From assembly GCA_964234715.1 (NCBI GenBank), contig OZ174283.1: a stretch of DNA of 64,000 nucleotides; one strand, 5' to 3'. Source of the stretch: Podarcis melisellensis. Lineage: Eukaryota. Shown one piece after another: positions 41,287 to 52,529 of the stretch (positions within the stretch are counted from its first letter, which is position 1; every line of letters begins with the position of its first letter). Under the pieces are notes generated by a model. It saw nothing but the letters and a program-made list of their open reading frames with translations. It was not told the DNA's origin and did not search any database. A program made the translations under genes and the position numbers.

Positions 41287-41721
41287 TGTCAGGGAACTGA
41301 CATCGGAGCCAGAAGTGGAGGCAGGGCTCCCAAGCGATGCCGGAGAAGGGCCAAGCAGGGAGAGAGGGGACTCAGCAGCTGGGGAAGGAAATCAGCGTAA
41401 CACCAGGGATAAAGGGGGGCGGATGGGGAAATCGGAGAGAGGGCTCCAGGACTCTTCACTGGAGACCAGCGGGGAGAGCACAGTTCCTCCGCTACCCACA
41501 CCCACCCTGCGCAGAAGACTTCCGCGCAGGGGAAGTAGGCGTAGATTAGGCATCAAAGAACTTCTTTGATGGAAGAAGTTCAAGAAACGCCCACTGACGG
41601 ATTCTGCTAGCGACTGAACAGCCACGAAGTGAAGGGCTGTCCAGCCAGGAAAGGTTTAACCAGGCTACCTAGCCAGGAGTGGCGGCAACTTACACACGAG
41701 CAACCCCATATAACCATTACA
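41287..41721 (+). mobile_element. Solo LTR copy C, with frame 41288-41617 (one internal TGA at 41567-41569)
   Basis: TGTCAGG...CATTACA with a perfect 5-bp TSD TGTAG (41282-41286 / 41722-41726). Confidence 0.9.
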
Positions 41722-43399
41722 TGTAGTTATGTTTAACAACACAATACTCCACATCTAAATGCAACAAATTCCATTAAAAGTATAGTATAACATATGTTTA
41801 GAAGTGCATACACTGAGATGAAATGCATATGTTAAATGCATATATGTGATAAAATATGGATTTAAATATGATTTTTTTGTTCTTTTATAAAATGTAGATT
41901 GATGTCAAAATGGGAATGGACTTAAGAATGAGCTCATGGAAAATGGATACAGACTAGTTGTCTGTATAATGTATTTCTCTCACTTTGGACTGGGTAACTT
42001 GAACTTCCTGCTCTATTCAGGTATGATTGTATGCTTGGCAATAGCTAATCATTGAGATCTGGCAAGCTTTATGTAACTCTATCGATTTAACATTCCTATA
42101 TATGCAACAAAAACTTCCAGCAGTTTTCAACTTTCATCATAGCAGCTTTATGGATGCCTGAAAGAAAGACAAGCCTATCAATTTTCATTTATCACAGTGG
42201 TATATTACCTGCCATTTCTTCCTGAATATTGTTGTAATAATGGCACTCAGTTTTGAATAGCAGATTTAGCATGTCTTCTCTTTGGGGATTATGGTAATCA
42301 AACAGTATAAAATGATTGGCTTCCATTGTCCTGTAAAAGTTGCAGAAAGTATATGACTCCTTCATTTGCTGAACATGTGCTGTGGAAATATCTCTAGTGA
42401 TTATAAACAAGGAAATAAACTAAACACTGAACTACATAATCAATTTTTTCCAGGATGCAAAGATAAGTGTGATTCTTTTAGTTATTTTAAAAATAAGATT
42501 ATTTGCAGTTAAATTAGACAAAGCAGCTAGAAAAAAGATGTAAATAATTCATATCCACATAGCCTCCATTCAGCAAATATGCTTCCTTTGTAACCTAGTA
42601 TCAATGTTGGAAGACAAAAGTGGTATGGGTTGTTTGTGTAGGGGCATTTGGTTTTGTTTTCCCCTCCCCAACTGTGGCAATTGCTTTGCCCAACCTTTCT
42701 TTGTATCATCTTAAGACATTTTCAGTCAAGTGAGTTCATTATCTACACGCCAAATATTAATGTCCACTGATTCCAAACCAAAGTCTTTTGACCGGTCTGT
42801 GTGAATCTCCTGGGGGGAAAAGTGTGAATTAACATCCTTGGGCATAAAAACGGTTTCTAGCATAAAAATGACAAACTTAAATGCTTTGCCTTTTTTTGTT
42901 ATATTTACAGTCTGCCTCTACAACTCTGAAAATAAATTCATTTTCAGGGCTCTGCAGTAGAATCTCCCTGTTTTGGAATTTTAATTGTTACTGACAGAAT
43001 GGATCAACTCAAGGAAACTTTAAACTACAAATCTGAGAAGCCACTGTTTTGTTGTTGACAACACAAGAGGAACTTAAAGATAGCTCCACTGCTATCTCCA
43101 GCCTAACCTATGACTTATTCCCTCCTGTCCTTATTGTATGGGACATTTGTAGAAAGGAGAGTCAAAGGAAAATAGTGTAGTGTAGGCTAGGATGGGTGGA
43201 TGCCACAGAGGAAGTTTCTGAATGCACCTGGGGACTGAGCTTCTTCTGGAATTCCTTTCCAAACAGAGACTGAGAAAATTGGTAAATGGATCTAATCCAC
43301 TACAGCTTCTGCATTTGTTGATTCTAGTGGACTTTTTAAAACAGGATAAGATAAACAAAATAAATATGAATGTTGCCTTTGAACATGCTGTTTGAAATA

Positions 43400-43710
43400 T
43401 GCGGTCCCCCAATTTAATTATCTAGCCATGGAAGATATTCATAGGTTGGGATAAAATCCAAGGGTAGCTGGCCCAGCAAATAAGGTTTCTGTTATGGGTG
43501 AGGAAGCACAATTGAGAAGATTGTCTCCACAGTTACAACCCATCTCACATCTGACTGCCAGGACACCTGAAATGAAGGCCTCTGATGGAAATCTTAACGC
43601 ACAGGCAGTTTGGTGTAGGGTAGAGGCAAACGTTATTTCAGGCACCATGGCCCCAAGCCATATAGGGCTCTGATGTAAGTACCAGCATTTTGAAGTGTGC
43701 TTTAAAGCAG
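43400..43710 (-). mobile_element. L2 LINE 3' remnant
   Basis: ggccccaagccatatagggctct..tgtaagtaccagcattttgaagtgtgct is antisense L2 coding sequence (FKMLVLT..ALYGLG). Confidence 0.65.
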
Positions 43711-44124
43711 ACCATGCTCTCCAAGCCAGGCAAGGATTTGGAATTGCTCATGTGAAAGGCAGCTGCTTCTCTTCTTTTCCTTTTCTTTTCCTGCCTCCTG
43801 CACCTGCAAAGGCAATTTTCATTTTTAACACAGCTGTTTTCTGTAATACCAGTTCTGTGCAGTAGAGCTGTTATAAAAATAAATATAGCTGCATCCTTTC
43901 ATTCTGGCTGATGGGAACAAAATGGTGTAGCAATACAGGGTATCCAGGGAAACATCACCACATATGTGTTCATTGTGGGTGATTTTTTTTGTTTGTTTTT
44001 GTTTTGCTAAATACACACTAAATTTGCTTCAGTGCATCCACAATTGGGTAACATCCATCCTTCTTGGAGGAGTGTGCCAGTGCAGGTTCCCCAATGCCCT
44101 CAAAGATACATCCAATGTTTCCTT

Positions 44125-44480
44125 GGGACGTGGGTGGTGCTGTGGGTTAAACCACAGAGCCTAGGACTTGCTGATCAGAAGGTCGGCGGTTCGAATCTCC
44201 ACAACGGGGTGAGCTCCTGTTGCTCGGTCCTTGCTCCTGCCAACCTAGCAGTTTGAAAGCAAGTCAAAGTGCAAGTAGATAAATAGGTACCACTCCAGCG
44301 TGAAGGTAAATGGCATTTCTGTGCGCTGCTCTGGTTCGCCAGAAGTGGCTTAGTCATGCTGGTCACATGACCCGGAAGCTGTATGCTGGCTCCCTTGGCC
44401 AATAAAGCAAGATGAGCGCCGCAACCCCAGAGTTGGCCACAACTGGACCTAATGGTCAGGGGTCCCTTTACCATTACCTT
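44125..44480 (+). mobile_element. Full-length Sauria SINE (lacertid type)
   Basis: tRNA-like head gggacgtgggtggtgctgtggg and B-box ggttcgaatc, conserved body gtgcaagtagataaataggtacc, (ACCTTT)-like tail, and a perfect 11-bp TSD AATGTTTCCTT (44114-44124 / 44481-44491). Confidence 0.95.
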
Positions 44481-45644
44481 AATGTTTCCTTGCCATCTTA
44501 ACAAGACTGCAAGAGTCAGACATATATGGAATAGAAGACGAAGCATCACAGTGTGTATAACTGACAAGATGCCAATTACCCCCCCCCAAAAAAGCCCACA
44601 TTTCTTTATGCAAGATAATTTAAGACCTTCAAAAGAATAGAAACGTGTCAAGGTGCCTCTGCGGTACACCCAGCAAAGCCACTTAGAACAATCCTTTCAC
44701 TAACATGGGCAATTAAGATCCATTTCCTTTTGGTTCCATTTATCTGAGAAGATAAGTAGGAAATTAGCACAATTAAATGCCAGAAATCCATAATAGTCCT
44801 TCCAAAATGAATTTCCTCTCACCACATCCCTTCATGCAAATGTAAATAAAATACAAAAACCATTAAGTGTGGAAAGCAGCATTAAAATAATTTCAGGTCA
44901 CATAATACATTGGAAGAACAAGTATGTGCTAAAATGGCTAATCCTTGTGATCTCATAGTATCTGGTGGGTGCGGGTGGAATCCATCAGTGTAGCTCAGCA
45001 TTTCAGTTAAAGGTGAATTTTACACCTAAGAAGAGTCCTGCTGGATCAGGCAAAAGGCCCATCTAGCCCAGCATTCTGTTCTCACAGAGCACAGCACACC
45101 CAGGAGATCATAAAAATGCAAGTGCTTTGAGTGTGGTTAGCAGGACCCCATATTGAAAACACTCATGTATAAAAGCTCTGAAAGATGAGCTGTTTGTCTC
45201 CTTGGTCTGCCCTTGCTTCAAAGCTGGAGACCAGATGCAGGAAGATTCCCCCCCCCCCCCCCGCATTTGTTTATGGCCTGTTGACACAGTCATCTCCACA
45301 TGATCCCATACCCAGGGACATTCAGGAGAAATCACATGGGGTGGGGGGATTGACTGCATCTTTCAGGTTAAGAATGGTATGTATTACCTCCTTGATCTTA
45401 TGACTTCAAAGATTGGCAGATGGTTTTCTTCTGTAAACCAGGACTGGAATAGTGAGATCTGCAGTGGAAAAGCAATAGGTAGGAGGATGGTGGTGCTTGA
45501 GTCATTCCCTTTCGCCTATGTCACCCCACAATCCCCATCAGCTGCTTTTCATTCAACTCATTTTCTAGATTTGTGATTGGGAACATGGGGTGGGAAAAGC
45601 TGATGGAGTGTGGAGATGTTAAAGAGGAATGGAGCATAGCAGCC

Positions 45645-45830
45645 TAGGAAGCTAGCTTCTACTGAGTGGAATCCATTGGATCCATTGGTGGATCAAGCTC
45701 AGTATTATCTGCATTAACAAACAATTGCTTTCCAGGATTGCAGACAAAGATCTCTTCTAGTCCCACCTGGAGTTGTGAGGGATTGAACATGGGACCTTCT
45801 CTATACCAAGCATGTGCTCTACCACTCAAC
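45645..45830 (-). mobile_element. Squam3-like SINE (target of an L1 insertion)
   Basis: taggaagctagcttctactgagt tail, antisense B-box gggattgaacatgggacc, and A-box tgctctaccact. Confidence 0.65.
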
Positions 45831-46415
45831 TTTTTTTTTTTAAGAATATTTATTGAAGTTTTCAAAAAAAAATATAACATAAAAACAACCAAAAAAGAGA
45901 AACAAAAAGAAAACAGAAATAACAATAAGATAAACATACATACAAAACAAAAAACAGGTATAATTTCATTCCCTTATGGTCGTATAACTTACTTTCCCGA
46001 CCTCCTCATACCTCCCCTCTCTGTATTCCAATCTCTAATCAAGCCAATTCAGCAAATCCTTCCCCTAATTTCTGATTTAATTTTTAATCTTTCTTTTCTT
46101 AATTACATAATCATTACAGCTAGAAACCCCTTAAATTCTAGGTCAGCATCGTTCTAACATTCAATAATCTTGCAATGCTTCTTAAGATAGTCCTTGAATT
46201 TCTTCCAATCTTCTTCCGCCGTCTCTTTTCCCTGGTCACGGATTCTGCCGGTCATTTCTGCCAGTCCCATATAGTCTATAACCTTCATCTGCCATTCTTC
46301 CACGGTGGGTAATTCTTGTGTCTTCCAATACTTTGCGATAAGTATTCTTGCTGCTGTTGTGGCATACATAAAAAATGTTCTGTCCTTCTTTAACACCGAT
46401 TGATCTAACATACCA
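45831..46415 (-). mobile_element. 5'-truncated L1 LINE (ORF2 C-terminus, 3' UTR, poly-A)
   Basis: ORF 46154-46411 reads ...YATTAARILIAKYWKTQELPTVEEW...WKKFKDYL, the C-terminal motif of non-mammalian L1 ORF2. A poly-T tract (tail) starts at 45831, and the TSD is CTCTACCACTCA (45817-45828 / 46416-46427). Confidence 0.9.
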
Positions 46416-46785
46416 CTCTACCACTCATCTATGGAAGAGGAAGGGGCAAATGGCTTTCCACTTGCCATTCCCCCTGCTCTGCAGATCACTTCTGACCCTA
46501 ATGTGTTCTGTAGGCACAGCAGCTGAGTGTTGCTGATGTGAACACTGATCTAAAATTGAATGGTTTAGATGGCATTTCACTTAGGGCAAGTCTCAGCCAA
46601 AGTCTAAAACATCTTTGGGTACATGAATTGGGACTTAAGTACATGTCTAATACCTTTGTCCCTTGAAATAAAGAGGAGATAAGAGTACTTAGCTTTGGCT
46701 GGATCATGTCACCCTTGTGCCTGCCTCTCTGGATATAATAGATCAGTGAGGTAACTTAATCATTTACTAGGTGGGCTAATATTCT

Positions 46786-46840
46786 GACTATATATATATA
46801 TATATATAGTCTGACTATATATATATATATATAGCATAGT

Positions 46841-46892
<52 letters not shown>

Positions 46893-46901
46893 ACTATGCT
46901 A
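46786..46901. repeat. (TA)n arrays forming two perfect palindromes
   Basis: gac(ta)n gtc at 46786-46811 and tagcatagtgcgc(AT)22 gcgcactatgcta at 46832-46901. Confidence 0.95.
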
Positions 46902-48907
46902 GACCATAGTGTAAGTTTAATTCATTTGCAACTGGCAACAACGCCATTGTGCTTCTGGAAATGTAGTTATGACCTGAGCTTTGGGGAATGTTTAAAAAGC
47001 CAGACCCAGACTCAAGAGGCAGGCCTTCACACAGAAGCCTTGTCTTCCAGCATACTTAATTGAATCGTGTTCCATGAAAATGTATGTTTATTAATAAATA
47101 CATGTTTTTGAATCATCATAGCAACTTTTAGATATTAATGGAAACAGAAAGACTTTTTCAAAATTGACAGCATTGTAATTTGATGCTATGGATCACTGTC
47201 TCACTTGGAAATGAATTGATATTATAAAATACGCTTTTCTCACATCAATAATGATTAATAATGAGAGCTGTGTTTTCTTGCGGGCTGGAGTATTTCAACT
47301 TTGCTTTACGAGCCATCAAGTTTCAGACTGATGGAATGCAGTGCCTTTGTAAAACTTTATTTTTATGGTGTGTTACTCAAACCACTGCAATCCACATGAC
47401 CTAATGTGTTACAGGACAAAGGTATGAGCACAGACCACTAGCTGAACAATGAAAGCTAAGACTGCAAATGCAAACCTCATGTTAAGGAATCAGATGATGG
47501 GAACATGCCACATAACATGCATTTCTCATATTATGTTAAATTGCTTGCTGCTCACACAAAAAAGCCATGGGTTCTGAGCTGCAGTTGGTAAGAATGAAAA
47601 CCTCTGCTAATGTAGCACTCTCTTAATCACAGGGTTGAAAGGATCACATATGCTATTCCCTGCAACTTTTGAGCTTTTACTCCATCCCTAGAAAGGTGTT
47701 TGCAGAGGGTAATTTACAGGGACTTGATCCACACAGACAGATATACCCCTAGCAGAATTGTTCAGTGAAATCTATGCCTTGGCCAGCAAACCAGCTGCTT
47801 GAAATCCCACCCAGTCTGTTGATTTCCAGCTCATTTTAGTTCCACCCCCAAAGATCCTATATGCTTCATCCAGATTCGCATAGCAATAAGGCAACTGCAA
47901 TCTTAAGGTGCCACATAAACAGTCAGGGCACTTACAGCCTTGTTTTGTACCCCCAAGAAGAATTGTTTATGAAGCAACGATGATACAGTGAATCTGTGAG
48001 CAAAGGGTATATATGTTGAAATATATATTCTAGTTTTAGAATCTTAAACATAAGCAAGTATTGTAAAATAAATGAGATCAGCTATAATCTAGCAGAAATT
48101 ATATGGATCCTAGGTCTACAACTTCACCAACAGGATTCCATCTTAACTAAGCCATCTGTTATATTTTGGGTGAATTTTATGTCAACCACACTTTAGTGTA
48201 TCACATCTCACAAAACATGATGACTTTTATCAGCTGCTTTCCCCCATCATCCTTATGTATGGCAGATGATAGCATGATGGCTGAGCACTGGCTCTATAGG
48301 CAACAGACAGGAAGGAGCCATTTTGACAGAGGGAAAACACACACCACATAGCATTTGGTTTTATTGCATAGCCAAGGAGTATGGAATGTTACTTGAGACG
48401 ATACACTGTAAACAGGATAATGCTTTGTTAATGCTAGAAGAACAGATACATGTACAGCCTTCTATATTAAAGTAGCACACATAGCAAATATCCTTACCTA
48501 AGCATTGAGGAAATGGTATGGAAACATTCATTTCTCCAAGATTAAAAATAATGATAGTAATTCAGCACTCTTGCCCTACAAATGTATTTGGAAGAGGAAG
48601 TCTGACATCTTGTCATGGTCATTTAAATCAACAATGCCTAAGTGCTCGTCAGAGTTCATAACATGCCAGAAGGATGTAATATCATCACAATGGTGCTCTT
48701 CCCTAATGACTATTTCACCAAAGAAAATTAAAGTACCACTGAGCAGCTAGTGTAATGAGTATTTAGTATTTATTTCCAACTCCAGTGAGTAAGCTAAAAC
48801 ATCACTTTAGCTTTGCACTGTCATGATGAATCCAGAGCATGGTGACTTCCCAGGTATCCTAATCCTAAATTAGATTTCCTGTCTCAAAGCTTGTCTTGGA
48901 GCACAGA

Positions 48908-49095
48908 AACATAGGAAGTTGTCTTCTGCTCAGTCAGACCATTGACCAATCACACTAAGTAAGTCTATGCTGACCAGCATCAGCTATCCAGGGTTGCAGG
49001 CGAGAGACTCTTACAGCCCTTACTGGAGCTGTGAGGGATTGAACCTGAGGCTGTGTGCCTGCAAAACAGATGCTCTACCACTGAGCTACAGCCCA
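48908..49095 (-). mobile_element. tRNA-derived SINE (Squam3-like)
   Basis: aacataggaagttgtc tail, gggattgaacctgagg B-box, and tgctctaccactgagctacagccc A-box/head. Confidence 0.75.
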
Positions 49096-50314
49096 GTAGG
49101 TTCCATCTTATGAAAAGGGGATTTCTATGAAAATGCAGATCAAGTGAACCATGAAAGCAATCATACTGCAAACTGTTGGTAATCATTATGGGTGAGGGGG
49201 GTGGATACTATTAAAGTTGTGTCAAAAGCAAATTAGTTACAGTTGTTGAAAATTATTTGGAAATGTCAAGAATGCAGGTCTTTTGTTGACTCTGAAAAGG
49301 CATTTTCCATCTGGCTCCAAGCATTAAAATATCCTGAAGTGACCTGCATATGTGAAGGCTCACTTGAATAAATGATAATACAGTACTGCTATGGGATAAC
49401 ATAAGCCCATTCACGGTGGGCTCCATCCAATAGAAAATTCCATCTGAAGTTGGGACAGAATCCCAAGTCATTGAAATGTAATTATGCCTGCTAGAAAGTT
49501 CCTGCAGAGAATGTAGATGCAGAGCAAATGGCACTGTTAATGAAATTGGGTCTGCTTTCTCCATCATAATTTGTTTTGCACTAAGAATAAAAGCTAAAAT
49601 TGCTAAAATTAAATCCCAGCAAAAGATTAACCAATGCAATGCAATAAGCTGTTTATGTGAACTAAAGTTAATGAAACTGATACTTACCAATAGCAGTAAA
49701 CAGGAGAAAGAGGGAAAAGCAGCAGCATCAAGGCATATTTTTGCCTCATTGTTGTATTAAATTGTTTAAAGCCAAGACATATAATCTCCTAAACAGCATA
49801 TATAGTAAACACCTATAAAAAGCAGCATTTAATAAAAGCCAAGAAATATAGTTATGGCTTTCATAACTGATTTTAAGACGCCTCCAAGAAAATTAAATAC
49901 TTGTTGTTCATTATTGTATAATAGCGGTGTTGCACATAGCTGGAACCCTGCACAATTTTTAAGAAAACTGAACCAACTATTTCAGCCCAGTATCTACAGT
50001 CCAGCATCCAGTAACTTTTTGGGTCTGTTGATATCTAACTCAGGTTAGATATTATGTGTCATCCTGGAAATTTTGTGTCTTCTGGAGAATAGTCAAACAT
50101 TGCATCTAATGACAATGGATGTAAAGGTCAGTCATGAAGAGAGAGGGAATTCTCAAACTTTTGATATAAACGCATCTGGTATATTGATAATTCATTGACT
50201 ACAGCTTTTCACGGTTTTCTAAAAATGTTTTATATCTTTGTGCATTGATAGCTTATCTGAGGACAGTATATAAATACTTCTATAAGTAAATGAATAAAAT
50301 ATTAAGGAATATCC

Positions 50315-50361
50315 AGTGCTTTCTTCCCTAAAAAAATGTTTAAGGGGTACTCTCATTTTCC
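50315..50361. mobile_element. Truncated MITE left end
   Basis: cagtgctttcttccctaaaaaaatgtttaaggggtactctcattttcc resembles a lacertid CAGTGCTTT-terminal MITE (from recall). It is cut off by BovB. Confidence 0.45.
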
Positions 50362-51241
50362 TGTTGTTGTTGTTAAGTCATTTAGTTGTGTCCGACTCTT
50401 CGTGACCCATGGACCAGAGCACATCAGGCACCCCTGTCCTCCACTGCCTCCCGCAGTTTGGTCAAACTCATGCTGGTAGCTTCAAGAACACTATCCAACC
50501 ATCTCATCCTCTGTCGTCCCCTTCTCCTTGTGCCCTCCATCTTTCCCAACATCAGGGGCTTTTCCAGGGAGTCTTCTCTTCTCATTAGGTGGCCAAAGTA
50601 TTGGAGTCTCAGCTTCAGGATCTGTCCTTCCAGTGAGCACTCAGGGCTGATTTCCTGAAGAATGGATACGTTTGATCTTCTTGCAGTCCATGGGACTCTC
50701 AAGAGTCTCTTCCAGCACCATAATTCAAAAGCATCAATTCTTCAGCGATCAGCCTTCTTTATGGTCCAGCTCTCACTTCCATACATCACTACTGGGAAAA
50801 CCATAGCTTTTACTATACGGACCTTTGTTGGCAAGGTGATGTCTCTACTTTTTAAGATGCTGTCTAGGTTTGTCATTGCTTTTCTCCCAAGAAGCAGGTG
50901 TCTTTTAATTTCGTGGCTGCTGTCACCATCTGCAGTGATCATGGAGCCCAAGAAAGTAAAATCTCTCACTGCCCCCATTTCTTCCCCTTCTATCTGCCAG
51001 GAGTGGGACCAATGGCCACGATGTTTTTTGTTTGTTTGTTTTTTTGATGTTGAGCTTCAAACCATATTTTGCGCTCTCCTCTTTCACCCTCATTAAAAGG
51101 TTCTTTAATTCCTCCTCACTTTCTGCGATTAAGGTTGTGTCATCTGCGTATCAGAGTTTGTTTATATTTCTTCCGGCAATCTTAATTCCGGCTAGGGATT
51201 CATCCAGCCCAGCCTTTCGCATGATGAATTCTGCATATAAG
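50362..51241 (-). mobile_element. BovB (RTE LINE) 880-bp 3' fragment, pseudogenised
   Basis: Same-frame ORFs read DFTFLGSMITADGDSSHEIKRHLLLGRKAMTNLDSILKSRDITLPTKVRIVKAMVFPVVMYGSESWTIKKADR* ... LRLQYFGHLMRREDSLEK. The YAE/YAD RT region lies at about 51130-51240, and there is a (CAA)n tail. Confidence 0.97.
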
Positions 51242-51297
51242 ATGGAGATAGAACAGCAGAAATAATCATGAATGTGCAAAATACAGTAATGGGGGGG

Positions 51298-51470
51298 GGC
51301 AGAGCATCTGCTTTGCATATAAGCATCCCAGGTTCAATTTTTGGCATCACCAGGTAAGGCTAGGAGAGTCCCCTGCCTCAAACCCCTGGAGAGCCACAGC
51401 CAGTCAGTGTAGGTAACATTGAACTAGAAGGACCAATGGCCTGACTAGGTATATGGCAGCTTTCTATGTT
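51298..51470 (+). mobile_element. tRNA-derived SINE (Squam3-like)
   Basis: gcagagcatctgctttgcat..cccaggttcaat B-box and tail ggcagctttctatgtt. Confidence 0.75.
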
Positions 51471-52287
51471 CCACTTGCTCAGTGAAGTTTACTGTTTGAA
51501 TACTTTCATAGAAGATGCATTGCAGGAAATCAAGGGACTGCTACTTTTAAGAAAGAAGTGTGCAACAGGATATTTTCTTACATTGGACCATTAACATTTG
51601 CCTCAGGAAAAGCTCATAATGAGTATCTCCTGGAGAATTAGTTGAATGGCTGACACCACAGCAGGCAATGAATTCTCCTGCAGATATCCTTCATGGAATG
51701 GTCCGGGAAACCACTGTAGATTGCTACTCAAAATCAATAGGATCCGAAATGTAATATTGGTTCCAGGTGTTGGTTAGCAGGTGTTGAAGCCTTATCCCAT
51801 AATGGATTTTTGTACACAAATCCTTTTTATTTCAGCATTTGACTACTTGAATAGCTCAGAAAACAACATGAAGTGTGATTTTCAAAAGAGAAACAAAGAC
51901 AGTAGCTAATGCAGGGATATTGCAAAGACATAAATGGGTGCACTTTCCATGAATATAATCTTGATATGCTCGTTGGTTGTATCCAGTTGGTGTTCCTCTA
52001 CTGACAGAAGGCTCTTTAATCAAGCAGAGGCTGGTTAGCAGAAAGGCAAGAGAAGCAATCTTCTGTAATTCTTTTACCCCTCTTAGAGTTGCCCCTAAAA
52101 TATATATAGATACTCCAAAGAAACGGGGGGCTTTGGAACACTATGGGAGGTGGCAAGGGGTTTGTAGAAGGGCATAAAAATTATAATTCCACTTCATTCC
52201 TTCCTCCTGATTCAACTGCAGAAATGCTCTGCTGGGTCAAATAACCTTCTGGCAGTAGATGGACACCAATTGGATTAAAGCTCAGTA

Positions 52288-52529
52288 CAGTGGTACCTCA
52301 GGTTACATACGCTTCAGGTTACATACGCTTCAGGTTAAAGACTCCGCTAACCCAGAAATAGTGCTTCAGGTTAAGAACTTTGCTTCAGGATGAGAACAGA
52401 AATCGTTCTCCGGCGGCACGGCGGCAGCAGGAGGCCCCATTAGCTAAAGTGGTGCTTCAGGTTAAGAACAGTTTCAGGTTAAAAACGGACCTCCGGAAGG
52501 AATTAAGTACTTAGCCCAAGGTACCACTG
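52288..52529. mobile_element. Tc1/mariner (pogo/Tigger-like) MITE
   Basis: TIRs CAGTGGTACCT / AGGTACCACTG, TA duplication on both sides, internal gcttcagg(tta) repeats including a tandem 16-bp unit. CpGs are retained. Confidence 0.9.

Noticed and set aside
44125-44200. tRNA gene (also the heads at about 49030-49095 and 61820-61885)
   Set aside because: A and B boxes are present but run on into SINE bodies and tails, with a TSD at 44125. No intact cloverleaf is evident.
45666-46157. 163-aa plus ORF
   Set aside because: It runs across a SINE and the antisense L1 3' UTR and poly-A tail; low complexity.
49253-49690. 145-aa minus ORF with a hydrophobic stretch
   Set aside because: It starts at TTG overlapping a splice-donor motif and has no recognisable homology; probably intronic by chance.
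52288-52529. CRISPR-like spaced repeats (gcttcaggtta)
   Set aside because: Spacing is irregular, the repeats are enclosed by TIRs with a TA duplication, the context is eukaryotic and there are no cas genes. These are MITE subterminal repeats.
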